Below, in pieces: positions 10,360 through 21,732 of a DNA stretch of 53,238 bases. The notes below the pieces were generated by a model. That model had not been told where the DNA came from. It ran no database searches and saw nothing but the letters and a program-made list of their open reading frames with translations. Source of the stretch: Rhizaria sp. SCN 62-66 (Eukaryota); the NCBI GenBank assembly GCA_001724265.1, contig MEDY01000263.1, forward strand, positions 1-53,238. Direction: 5' to 3'. Numbering within the stretch: position 1 is the stretch's first letter; each line of letters begins with the position of its first letter. The position numbers and the translations under genes are program-made.

Positions 10360-11346
10360 AACGCCAAACAAATTGTCGGTGCGTCCAAGGCATCCAACAT
10401 GTCGCTTAGCATCACTCATCAAACCCCTTACATCGTCAAGTAATTCAGGTTGCCTTAAAGTCCCTTCTTGCTTGGCTGAGCACAAGAAGAGCGCGACGCG
10501 CAGAACTGCAGCTAACTTGTTCAAAAATGCTTCAAATTGCATTGAAAGAAACAGATGAGAAAGGGAAGTGTATTTTCTGGTTGATGTGATCCATGTTTCA
10601 AGAGATACACCCACGAGAACAACGATGAAAGGGAACAACGCGAGAAGAGCAAATATACTACGTGTGTGGACTCAGCGCGGCACGGGTCACACACTTGACA
10701 ATGTGTCGGCAGCTAAGACAAAAAAGGCCAAAAAAACACAAAAACAAAAAAGAAGACAAAGAGACACAAGAAAAGTCGACAGAGAAAAGCGTGATTAAAT
10801 CGACTCCAGACAAAACAATACCATAAACTTCAGGTCACTTGTGGTGCCTGAGGCGACTTTGAAGCACTGTCTGCCGTCGACAACACTGCAGCACATCACA
10901 TCCCTCCGGATACGGGACGCAAGCGCTCACAAAGAGCAATTATGACAGAGAAAGTGTGCTCACAAAGAACATGTGATGAAATGCGATGCTGAATTAGTGC
11001 GGTAAAGTCAGTGCGCACGTGATTGTAGACCGAACACGTGACAAGTGTGAAGCGACAGAGTGTGGATTGACATTTGAGCAAGGTGTTATGCAAAGCGCAG
11101 ATGCCGACACCAGGCCAAGAGCATAGCAACGGAGGAGCGCGCAACAGGGCAGCAGACATTCATTCAGAGCCGCCCTAAGTATAACCAACCACAACAAAGC
11201 AGGAGCACGCCCAACAGCGCCAACAGACAACAACAGCAACAGCGGCGGTGTAAACTAACGACGATGATTACCTTGACAGCGTCGCTGAGAGCTTCACTCC
11301 AAGCTAACTCGCTTAGAAGGTGCCCTCCCAGACAAGCCATAACACA

Positions 11347-11390
11347 GCGAAGCAAAGCCTCCCACATCGCGAAGCAAAGCCTCCCACATC
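11347..11390. repeat. Perfect 22-bp tandem duplication GCGAAGCAAAGCCTCCCACATC x2
   Basis: Read directly: 11347-11368 and 11369-11390. Confidence 0.9.
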
Positions 11391-11583
11391 GCATTATCCA
11401 GCTACAACACTACCTTGCATAACTCCAACGTGTGTCTCCACACTGAGTCAGCACGACGAAAAGCAGAAATCACCCAGCAAAAAAACGATGCTTTACACCC
11501 AAACAGTTAAACACGACATTGGTGACGTTCGTCACCAATAAAATGTTTTGTTTATGTTTATAACTGTCGCTGCTGATGTGATT

Positions 11584-12420
11584 TTAGATCGTCACTGTGC
11601 TGGGGAGCCCGTACACCGGAGTGGGCACTGCCGGCACAGCAGGCACAGCCGGCGGCGGCTGGGGCGTCTGCAGCGGCGGGTGCAGCGCATACGCCTCTGC
11701 ATCAGCCGCAGACCGCGGCGAGGGTGCCGTGTCGTACCGTGGTGACTCAGCCGAGTGCACCTTAGCGTTCTGCAGCGGCTCACCGAGAGGGGGGACGTGG
11801 ACCTTGGCCTTAGAGGGGTCGTATTGGGCCTCGCGCGGCGGGACGCGGCCGCCGGCGCGGCGCGGAGGCACCTTAACGCGGTCGTCGGCCAGAGCCTTGA
11901 AGATCTTGTTGAAGCGGTTGACTGCGATGATGACCTGAACGGCGCGGCGGAGCTTGCGCTTGGCCTGGAGAAGCTTGATGCGGTCGAGGTGATCCTGGCC
12001 GAACGCGCGGTCAGTGGCAATGCCGTCGGCGACCCACGGGTGCTTGAGGACTTGAACAGACGTGAGGCGCTTGGCGGGGTCAACGGTGAGGAGACCGCGA
12101 ACTAGGTCTTTGGCTTCGGGGGAAATGTCGTCCCAGTAAGGAGCGGGGAAAGAGTAGTCGCCACGCTTGATCTGCTCGTAGAGCTTCGCGGTCTGCTCGT
12201 GGTAAAACGGCGGGAAACCGCAGAGGAGGATGTAGAGGATGACCCCGATGGACCACAAGTCGACCTGCTTGGTGTAGGGCTCGTTCTTGAGGATTTCGGG
12301 CGCAACGTAGCCGGGGGTGCCGCACGCGGTGGTCATCTTGCTGTGGCCCTTGCGCGACTTGGCGAGGCCGAAATCGGTGATCTTGACGGGCGCCATCGCC
12401 GACTCGTTCTGGTAGATCAG

Positions 12421-12451
<31 letters not shown>

Positions 12452-12888
12452 TTGATCGAGTGTAAGTAGTGGATTGCACTGATCAAATCTCTGACGAGCT
12501 CAGACGCCTCGCGCTCGGAGTAGGACCCCTTGGCGACGATGCGGTCGAACAGCTCGCCGCCGGTCAACAGCTCCATCACCATGTAGATGCGCTTGGGCGT
12601 CTCGTAGATCTCGAACAGACGCACGCAGTGGTCGTGTGTGATTTGACGCATGATGCGCACTTCGTCGTACACGACGGCCAGCTCTTCGTCAGTGATGTTG
12701 GTCTTCTTGACAACCTTGACGGCGAACTCAGCGCCGTCAGCCTTGCGCACGGCACGCTTGACGGTCGCAAAGCTGCCCGCGCCGAGCTTGTCCTTGATAT
12801 CGTAGAACTTAGCGATGTCGTCGGTGCGCGTGCGCTTGGACGCGGGCGTCGTTGTTGTCGACGACATGCACCCCATGGAGTTGCCCAT
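11584..12888 (-). CDS. Ca2+/calmodulin-dependent protein kinase (CaMK1-like), probably N-myristoylated
   Basis: LGAGSFATV, AVKVV, HRDLKPEN, DFG, TACGTPGYVAPE, DLWSIGVILYILLCGFPPF. CaM-binding-like helix AKRKLRRAVQVIIAVNRF. N-terminus MGNSMGC. Ends TAA. Confidence 0.93.
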
Positions 12889-13480
12889 TGTGCGGTGAAC
12901 GGCAGACGCAAGGGCGCGGGAAAAAAGCTGCTAAGAGGGACTCGAGCCGGAGGTTCAAGGAGAAAGGCGAAAGAGGGGGAGAGAGTGCTGCGAGGAAGAG
13001 GTGCAGCAAACAGGAGAGGAGCAAAGTGAGATTTTAAAACCGTTATGAAATAAGAACTTCACGGTATATTTATGCTCCGTGATCAAAATAGATGAAAATA
13101 TCGTTATCTTTTTAACCAATACACAAGATGAAATTCCATTCTGACGACTGAAGGAAGCGCATATCACATCCGCGCCCATGCTCTTCGGGTACCACTTGCT
13201 CGCTGCAAGCCGACTGGCCGGACGATTTTTAGGAACTGGACTGCTTTTGTTCGAGATTGCTTCGTCAGCCTGGCTGTTATTGCCAACTCTACAGGGCATT
13301 CCTGCGGCCGTAGTTAGTGCATTTGACGCTAATTTCAGTCATATTACAAGTTGTCAGTACTCTTTACTTTTGCGGTATCTCACCAACTGCTCTGCAATGC
13401 CCTCGTTTTCTTCTTGCTTTGTTCTCCTTTTCTCCCTGCTCCTCTGACTTCTGCATGCTCAGTGATTCTTGGCTGTCACC

Positions 13481-14419
13481 ATGAGGATGAGCAAGATTGC
13501 GCTGCTTTTCATGGCGGCCGTGCTGGCGCACATGTTTGTGTCCACGACCGCCTTCTTCGACCGTATTGGCGGTGGCGGCGGCGGCAGCTGTGGTGGTGGC
13601 GGTGGCGGCGGCGGTGGCGGCTCCTGCGGCGGCGGCTGCGGTGGTGGCGGCGCTGCGGAGCCCGAGGAGGACAACGCCCCTGCCCCGCCGACCGTGTTCC
13701 CTCCTTCGAACGTGATTTACGCGTTCACGGGCAAGTCCCACACCGGCAAGTCGTTCGTGGCCCACCGTTTCGGCGCGCTTCTCGAGGCCCAGCAGACGTG
13801 GAATATCTCCGTCGTTCCCATCTCCTTCGCCGATTTCGTCACCGAGCAGTTTGCCACCGAGTCCGGTCTTGATGCCGCGCGCCTCAAGACGGACTACGAC
13901 TACCGTGACGAGCATTTTGCCAAGATGAACAAGTTCAGCCGTGAATACCGCGCGAAGCACCCCATGTGGCTCGTTGACCCCGCGCTCGAGTGGGCGCTTG
14001 CTAAGGTCACCGCGGGCGCTGTCAAGGACAACGGCCAGCGCCGCGCGTTTATCTTCGACGACGTGCAGTTCCGTTTCCAGCTCAACGCGCTTGAGAAGCT
14101 CGCCTCGGCCAACGCTCCCCGCAAGACTGACTCCGAGTCTGAGAGCAAGGAGGCCGAGAGCAAGAAGACCGAGGAGGCACAGGTTCTCACCGCTCTGCCC
14201 AACGCCGAGCTCGTCACTGTGCGCCTGACCGCGCCCGATGAGGTGCGCAAGACCCGCGGCTGGCGCTCTGGACGTGTCCCTTCGTCGGCGGAGACTGACT
14301 TTGACACTCTGCCCGCTAACTACTGGACTAAGAGCTTTGATAACGCGGGTTCTGGTGAGGACGTTGTGCAGGTGGATAACTTCCTTGCGCAGCACCTTCT
14401 CCGTACTATTGCCAAGTAA
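13481..14419 (+). CDS. Animal-type phosphomevalonate kinase-like P-loop kinase with N-terminal signal peptide and Gly/Cys linker
   Basis: VIYAFTGKSHTGKSFV, EQFATESGLDAARL..DYDYRDE, FIFDDV, TVRLTAPDEVRKTRGW, SSAETDFD are colinear with PMVK-family motifs (FSGKRKSGKDFV, EQYAQEHGL, VRVVA...RQQRGW, AESECGLD). Hydrophobic leader MRMSKIALLFMAAVLAHMFVSTTA. Ends TAA. Confidence 0.75.
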   Translation: MRMSKIALLFMAAVLAHMFVSTTAFFDRIGGGGGGSCGGGGGGGGGGSCGGGCGGGGAAEPEEDNAPAPPTVFPPSNVIYAFTGKSHTGKSFVAHRFGALLEAQQTWNISVVPISFADFVTEQFATESGLDAARLKTDYDYRDEHFAKMNKFSREYRAKHPMWLVDPALEWALAKVTAGAVKDNGQRRAFIFDDVQFRFQLNALEKLASANAPRKTDSESESKEAESKKTEEAQVLTALPNAELVTVRLTAPDEVRKTRGWRSGRVPSSAETDFDTLPANYWTKSFDNAGSGEDVVQVDNFLAQHLLRTIAK

Positions 14420-14835
14420 ATGTGTGGTACGGTAGCGCCATGAGTTGATAACGTAATTATAGAAAACTAGAAACACTTGTGGGCGTGGGGGCGATGCTTG
14501 TTGCATCTCCTTTCTTGCGCTACACACACACTTCGTGATACAAAGAAACATTCCACCAACACATGATTTTCAAGATCTATGAGTAGTTGCAACTGTTTGT
14601 AATTGAGAGTTTATTGTGATTGTGATTTGAGATAATTCAGAAAATGGCTTCAAAACAACACGGCCACCACAAACGATACTTTTTTTCAAGTTGTTCCGCC
14701 CAAGCCGACGACACGCCAATGTTCAAGTCGATTTCGGGACTTATCATCATGCAAAGCGGACCAATCAGACATACATGTAAACAATTAAATTATAATTTCA
14801 TATTTCCATTTCATTTTCCTTCTCATTCCTGCAGC

Positions 14836-17800
14836 ATGGTTCCTGCTGCCTCGGGAACAAGTCCCTGTCGAGGCAGGGGCGCAGCAGGGCTGCTTTGGCT
14901 TTTCCTCGCCGCCGTCGCCGCGCTCGTGTGTGCCGCCGCCGACGTCGATATCATGCAGCCCATCGCCACTACCCCGCCCCCGGTACGTTCTATCTTCATA
15001 TCGCAGTGCGATTCAGTCAATCAAGCGTTTTCCTTGGCAGATGTGACCGAGTAAATCTCACCTTCCATCCACCTTGCTCTTCGCTTCCTCCTGCGCTTTT
15101 GACTCAATATCTCTTCTCGACTGCAATGATTTGACTTCTGACTACGCGACCGTGTCGTTTGAGTTTAGTTCCCCGAGGCCGAGCCACATCCGCGGCCTCC
15201 ACTGCGTTTAGCGCGCAGTTTCACGGGTCCCGTCCCGACCAACACCTTCGGTCTGAACCTGCTTGTCGGCGAAGGTGACATGCCTCTCTACGCCCAGCCC
15301 TACACTCTGCGCGCACTCGCCACAGGCCCGCGCGGCATCGTCGTCTCGCAGACCGACGCGCGCGTGCTAGGCCCCTCAGTCGCCGGCGACCGCGCGCGCA
15401 CACGGTACTACCTCGCACCGTTCACAGTCGCTCTCGGTGTGACCGCTGCTGAAGCGAGTCAAACCGCACTGCCCGCGGTGCGCCGGTTCGAGGTCGAGGC
15501 GCTGGACACGTTCGCCGCGCGCATTCACTTCCCACTCGCTCCCACTAACGCAAGCACAAGCGCAAGCGCTAGTGAGAGTGAGAAACCTGTATTAGGCGGC
15601 GCGTCGCTGCGAGTGCCGGTGGTGCGAGGCATGGCATACGTGACCGCCGAGTTCACACAGGCAACGCCCGTGATATTCTCGGAAGCCGTGGTTCTGACCG
15701 CAAACGGCCGCCCCGCGCCCGGACCTGGCTCCCCGCTGTCGTTAAGCTGGAAGCCTGTTGTGACGGGGAAACCTGAGGGCGCGCGCGTGTGCGAGGTTGA
15801 GTTAGGCTTCAACAACGGGCAAACGTGGCTGTTGTTCCTCTTCACACCGGCCGGCGCCCCCGCGCCCCACGCGTTATTGCACAAGTCGCGGTGGGGCGCT
15901 GACGCAGCAGCGCGCGCCCGCGGTGATGAATCCCCCGTCGGGCTCGGTTACGCGTCGGCGTTGATGGCAGACGCACCGTGGACCGGCGTTCTCCGCCTCG
16001 CTAAGCTCGAGCAACGCGCGGGCGCGGAGCCCGCTGCAGTGGTGTCGGCCCGGCGCGAGCTGCTGCGACGCCACGCTGCTGTGGTGCCGCTGGGTGCCGC
16101 GTTGACCGCGAAGATCGAGCGCGGGACAGAGGCTGACACACGGGCCGCCGAGAGGGACGCTGACGCAGGCGCGGGGATGCCGCGGGACTCCACGGCGCCG
16201 ACAGCAACGGATCCTAGCAGCACGGCCGTGTTCTCGCTCCACTGGCGCACGATAGACCTGGGCACCGGCGTCACGGACGCCGACGATACCGTCACGGGTG
16301 ACCGTGAACAGAAGAACCGTGAGCAACAGCTCCTGCATATGGCACTCCCGCACCAGCTGGACGCGATGGGCCTCGAGGCCGCCGACCGGCTTCCGGCGGG
16401 ATCACCGGAGCGCGCCTTGGTGCCAGCGCCAGTGCCAGTGGGCGGGGACGCCGAGCCCCCCGCGGCGGCCGTGACTGCAGCGGCAGTGCGCGAATTAGAC
16501 AGCGAAGTGGATCGAAACCGCGACCGTGACCGCGGCAGCAACCGCAGCCGCGACATCGCGACAGACAGAAACCACGTCCACGCACGCACCCGCGGTGACG
16601 ACGTCTACAACGACAGTGCAATCAGCGCGAACAGTGACTGGCTGACCCAGTGGGCGCAGGCGCGCTCGCGGGCGCCGCAGTCAACTGTGGCCGCTGTGCA
16701 CGCCAGCGAGGCCGCGCACAGGGCTCTGCGGCGCGCCGCCGTGCCGCGGGGGATGCCGCCGAGCCGCCTGCTGGCCACGCGCGCGGAGGGCAGCCCGCTG
16801 CAGCCCAGTGTCGGCAGCGGGATCAGCGGCGCGGTCAGGCGGGCGGCCGCGGTGTTGACAGGCGCCGCAGCGGTCGCTGAGTCGGCTGCCGCGCAGGCCG
16901 CCGCTGAGGTCGCTGCGGAGGAGGCGCGCATGCGAGAGCACCAGCGCCGGTGCATGCTCAAGAGTAAATTGCGTAAGAATAAAAACGGCGGTTGCGCTCC
17001 GGTGCCGGCGCCGGCGACCGTGCTTGACACGCATTTCCGCACGAAAGAGCAGCAAAAGCAGGATAAAGACAAGAAGCACAAGGACAAGCCGCCCAAGCAG
17101 GCACTGCGTGGCTCTCAAAGCGCAACAGTGACTCCGACAAGTCTGTGGCAGCGGTCCACGACCAAGGGCCCTATGCGCGGCGTTATCGGCGGCACGTGGC
17201 GACTCCGGGAGCCCTTACCAGCGCCCGCTGCGACTGCATTGCTGCCCGCGCGCCCCCCGCGGAATGAGACTGCGCGCGCGCTCTTGGACGCGCTTGATCT
17301 CGACTTGGGCGCAACAGGTGCAGCGCAGACACGGCGGTTACTGCGGGCAGTGCGCGCGGACGGCGTGTACACCTCGGGCAAAGAGCTCTGGCGCCACGCA
17401 CAGTTGTGTTTGACCCAGCGCGCTCTGTTGTCGCAATACCCGCCCCAGAGCGAGTCCACGCTGACCGAGCGACTGGCGGTGTTGCGGGACGGCGGTGACG
17501 CCGCGGCGACGCGCGCTGCTGCAGAGGCGGCGGCCCCCGGCGCGCGCGCGACGCCGCTCGGCAAGGGCGACGCGGAGCTGAGGCTGCGGCGGTGCGTCGC
17601 GGCGCTGGCGCTCGGACTGGGGCATTTCCCGCGCGGCGCCAACGGGAACCCGCTGGTGTGGGACACGACGTGGGGCGGTGTCGCTGGGTCGCTTGGACTC
17701 GGCACAAACGCGGATCCGCTGGTTGACTTTGGTTCGTCGTATTATAACGATCACCATTTCCACTATGGGTATGTTGTTGCGGCTGCGGCTGCGTTGGAGT

Positions 17801-20244
17801 CGCTCAGTCCAGGCTGGGCCGCGCGGCCTGCGATCGAGTCCGTGACGGACAAGGCCAAGAACAAGGACCGTGAGAGTGACGCAGCTGCTGTGGCCGTTGA
17901 GACGAGAACGAAGCCACACGGACGCGGTAGCAACGGCGAGTGGGTTGACGCACTGTTGCGAGACGTAGCCAACCCTAGCGACTCATCGTCATCACACTCG
18001 CACCAGACTGATGCGAATGCAAAGAAGCAACAGAGTAGTGTTGACACTTACTTCCCCCGTCTGCGTAATATGGACGTGTTTGCCGGTCACTCGTGGTCAC
18101 AGGGCCTGTTTGGCTCGTTCGACGGCAAAGACCTCGAGTCAACCTCAGAAGAAGTACATTTCCACTACGCTGTCGCTCTCTGGGGCCGCGCTACACAGCG
18201 GCCTGCGGTTGAATTGCTGGGTCGTGCGTTACTCGCAGTCGCGGCGCGAGGGTTCCGGCGGTACTTTTACATCGCGCCGGAGACCGTGAGCAGCACGAGT
18301 GCCGCCGCCGCCGCCACGGGTACCAATATTACCGGTGCAGACGCGCTGACCGTGCACCCGGCTCGTTTCGCGCGCAACTGGGCTCCTGGCATTACCTTCG
18401 AAGGCAAAGTCGACTACGCCACGTGGTTTGGCATCAACCCCGAGTATATCCACGGTATCCAGATGTTGCCCGTGTCGCCCGCGCTGGCTTTCACGCGGCC
18501 ACGCGCGCACGCCGCGGGCGAGTGGGCCGCCGTCGTCGCGCCGGTTGCCGCCGCGCTGAGGACTGCGTGGGCTGGTGTGCTATGGCAGCACCACGGGGTG
18601 ACCGACCCACGGACCGCGTTTACTCACCTGGGCGCGCTTTTGACCCACGACCGACCGGTGGACAACGGAATGAGCCGCACGTGGGCCCTGCTCGCAGCCG
18701 CCACAGCGCCAGAGCCAGCGGCGGGGACGGGCCCGCGCGCGTGGGAGCTCGCCGGGCCGCGCGGGGCCGCGTTCCCCGACCTGTTGCGGGCGGCAGGGAC
18801 GGCCGGGGGCGCGGCGGCGGGCGGAGGGGCGCAGGGCGCGTGGGGGCTCAGGGCGGAGACGGCGCCGGCGGGCAGCCACACTGGCGGCGGGCCAGTCAGC
18901 GATCCAACAACCGACCAAGACAAAGACAATAACACGGACACGGAGGGAGATGAAGACGGCGGTACAGGGCTTGTCGTGCCGGTCGACCGCGAGTTCCCCG
19001 CGCTAGAGCTCGGCATTCCCGTTGATTTCACCGGACACGGCGTCGGCGTCGGTCTCGGCCGCAGCGGCGACGAGTGGTCAGCCATCCACAGCCACACCGG
19101 CGGCGGCGGGACCAGTGACGGAACGTCTGGGACCGACGCGGGAACCCATGGCCCCGCCGTGGTGCCAGGCGTGCACGGCCACGGCGCGGCTGCGGGGGCA
19201 CCGTGGGCTGCGCTGTGGGCGCTGGTCTGCGTCTGCGCGGTGATGGTGCTGGCGCTGGCGGCCGTGATGACGCGGTGGGTGCATGAGCGGCGCCGTGCTG
19301 ACGCAGCGGAACACAAGGTCGAGCAGCTCGCATTGGCCGGACTCGCGCATGGGGACGGTAGCAGCAGGGCAAGAGACGCGCATTTACAGTCGCAGGCACA
19401 GGCGAGGGCTGCGGCTGAATGCGACCCACACGCGAGTGCGTTCCCCAGTCAAGCCCACGGTCAGCATCCGGCTCACGGTCACAGCGCGCAGTCGCAGAGG
19501 GCGGCACGTGCGGGGCTGAGTGCGGGCGTGTTTGGCTCATACGGTGTCGGCAGTAAAACCGCACAACAACAACAACAACAACATCAGCAACAGCAGCAGC
19601 CGTGGACTGCAGACGCAGGCTCTGGCGTCGGAATGAGTGGGTTTGACGGTGGCGCAGGCCACATGGAGCAGCAGTTTGACGACCGTGATCGTGGGGTTGA
19701 GATGGGCCGACTGGGAGCGCCGGGACACACGCCAAACCACAGTCAAAGCCATGACCACAGCCAAAACCTCGACCACAGCCAGAGCCAGAGCCAGAGTCAG
19801 AGTAACGGCAGCGCAACAAGTGCGCGTAACAGTGCAAACAGCGGTGGTGGCGGCGGCGGCGCACTGCCGCCGCTGCCGTCACCGCGCCTGCCCGCACAGC
19901 CCGCCGGTCGGTCCACAGGCACCGCCGCAGGGACCGGCACGGGTCCCACGGGTACCGGAGGCGCAACACTCACGAGTACTGGTGGCGCAGCGCCCACGGT
20001 TGGTAGCGGCAGTGGTGTCGGCGGCGCTGCTGCGGATGCGGAGGAAGTGGAGTTGCGCATCCCCCTCACGCCGCGTCTCGACCACAACAACAACTACGGC
20101 CAAGAAGACGGTGGCCAAAACCAGGCTCAGGGCCAAGGGCAACAGCAGAGGGCGGGGACGTGGGAGTCGCAGTCGCCTTCACCGTCACCGGGCGCGGCGA
20201 GCAAGGCATTCTTGTGGTCGCCGCGGCCCGTGCAGCGTCGTTGA
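14836..20244 (+). CDS. Glycoside hydrolase family 81 endo-1,3-beta-glucanase, type I membrane topology; exons 14836-14982 and 15169-20244
   Basis: PVPTNTF..NL.VGEG..PLYAQPY, PVVRGMAYVT, YTSGK, WDTTWGG, DFGSSYYNDHHFHYGY, GHSWSQGL...DGKDLESTSEE, EYIHGIQMLP. Signal peptide in exon 1 and TM helix at about 19201-19281. Ends TGA. Confidence 0.92.
14983..15168 (+). other. Spliceosomal intron (186 nt, phase 0) of the GH81 gene
   Basis: CCG|GTACGT donor, CTGAC branch-like motif near 15138, TTTAG|TTC acceptor. Joins the signal-peptide exon in frame to FPEAEPHPRPP. Confidence 0.85.
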
Positions 20245-20254
20245 TCCACAGATA

Positions 20255-20350
20255 AACTGTGAGCAAGTGAACGTGAGCAAGTTAGACCGTGAGCAGGTGA
20301 CTGACCGTGAGCAAGCACCACAGCGCAGTGACCGTGAGCGAGCCACCGTG
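20255..20350 (+). repeat. Degenerate short direct repeats (core GACCGTGAGCA, about 6 copies) just 3' of the GH81 stop
   Basis: actgtgagca, aacgtgagca, gaccgtgagca x2, gaccgtgagcg, caccgtgaca with variable spacers. Confidence 0.7.
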
Positions 20351-20574
20351 ACACGAAGCCAGCCAACGCCAACCCGACTGTTATCTCGACGCCAGCGCAG
20401 GTGCAAGCGCAACGAGACGACGCATGATGCCTCACGAGTAAATGTAACATACTGATCCTCATCACGCAGATACCGCACCTCCACAGCACCAGTCACTGCG
20501 TGCGCTGGTAATGCACACTCGCCCCCATTGATTGATGTTAGCTTAAATACAGTTCGTATAGTATCACTTAAATA

Positions 20575-20699
20575 TAGCTTAGCAAAAGCTTTTTACGTGA
20601 GCTCTTTAGCTTCGCAAGAAGAGTTCAATAATGCAACAATGTGAATCGAAACGATGCGTAACTGCATAACAGCTCACGTAAAAATCTTTTGCTAAGCCA
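20575..20699. mobile_element. 125-bp MITE-like element with terminal inverted repeats and TA flanks
   Basis: 20577-20603 GCTTAGCAAAAGCTTTTTACGTGAGCT matches the reverse complement of 20671-20697 at 26/27 positions. TA at 20573-20574 and 20700-20701 could be a target-site duplication. Confidence 0.6.
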
Positions 20700-20710
20700 T
20701 AGTATTGCGC

Positions 20711-21481
20711 TTACGCAGAGGGCTTAGCCGGCTCCTCAGCAGCCTTCTGCGTCTGAGACTGCGCCTGAGACTGCGACTTCTGCTGCAGAGCGTCCTGCTT
20801 CGCCTGGTGTTCAGCAATCGCCTCCGCGTTCAGTGCCTGGAACCCGACAATACCGTCTGAGATCGACAGCGCATCGACGCCGACAAGGCGGAGGCAGCGG
20901 GCGGCAACCTCGGACCGCTTGCCCGAGTGGCAGAGGACGTACACGCGCATCCCAGCGTACCGCTCCGCGAGCATATCGTCCTCGAGAAGCTCCTGCAGAG
21001 GGACGTGCTTCGAGTCCTTGAGGTAGCCGAACATCTCGCGCTCGTCAGCGCCGCGCACGTCGAGCACGACGTCGCTCGAGGACAGCGTCAGACCAGAGAA
21101 CTCCTCAGCGGTCAGGGTGGGGACGCGGTCGGTGTAGAAGCGGTAGTAGCCGCGCGCACGGTTGAGGATAGACCGGGACGACGAGGCGTTGACTGGCAGG
21201 AGGGAAGAGCGCGAGGGGGCGGAGGGGAGCAGTGCGGAGCGGCCGCGGAGGGACGGGGCGGGAAAGACGCGCACGGGCTGGTTTGTAAAGAGCCGCGACG
21301 CAACAGAGACAGAGGCGGGCGCGGCGGTGCTGGCGGCGAGGAGAGCGAGTTTGTTGCTGTTGATGCTGGTGCTGCTGGACGCGAGGAGCGACTTGGCGAC
21401 GGAGACGCGCGCGGGCATGAAGGAAACGGAGCGGGAGACGCTGCGGACAACGCCGGCAACGGAGGAGGCACGGGCAAACAT
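20711..21481 (-). CDS. Single-domain rhodanese (sulfurtransferase) with probable mitochondrial presequence
   Basis: VVLDVRGADE...GYLKDSKHVPL and active-site loop LCHSGKRSE. N-terminus MFARASSVAGVVRSVSRS is Arg/Ser/Ala-rich with no acidic residues. Ends TAA. Confidence 0.88.
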   Translation of the reverse strand: MFARASSVAGVVRSVSRSVSFMPARVSVAKSLLASSSTSINSNKLALLAASTAAPASVSVASRLFTNQPVRVFPAPSLRGRSALLPSAPSRSSLLPVNASSSRSILNRARGYYRFYTDRVPTLTAEEFSGLTLSSSDVVLDVRGADEREMFGYLKDSKHVPLQELLEDDMLAERYAGMRVYVLCHSGKRSEVAARCLRLVGVDALSISDGIVGFQALNAEAIAEHQAKQDALQQKSQSQAQSQTQKAAEEPAKPSA

Positions 21482-21732
21482 GGGGGAACGCTTGACGGTC
21501 GGGGGACTGCGAAGGGCAGACTGGTATGCGCGGACGAAGGGGCGGGTTAGAGGCTTAACGTGCTTTTGCGCACCTGTTGATGAAAGTTGGCGGGACAGAA
21601 AACATAACGGGTTTGATAGGAGCATAAGTTTATAACAATGTCAGAAATGTATATTTGACTATTATAGTAATATATCTCACTTTTTAGCGGACATCTGCGT
21701 CTGACAACTCGTTTCTTCTCCAGTGGTCTACG

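Noticed and set aside
15166-15168. In-frame TAG upstream of the GH81 ORF as a third recoding case
   Set aside because: It is the intron acceptor, and TGA stops lie just upstream in the same frame.
20255-20350. CRISPR-like repeat/spacer array
   Set aside because: Repeats are about 11 nt, degenerate and irregularly spaced, with no cas genes and a eukaryotic context.
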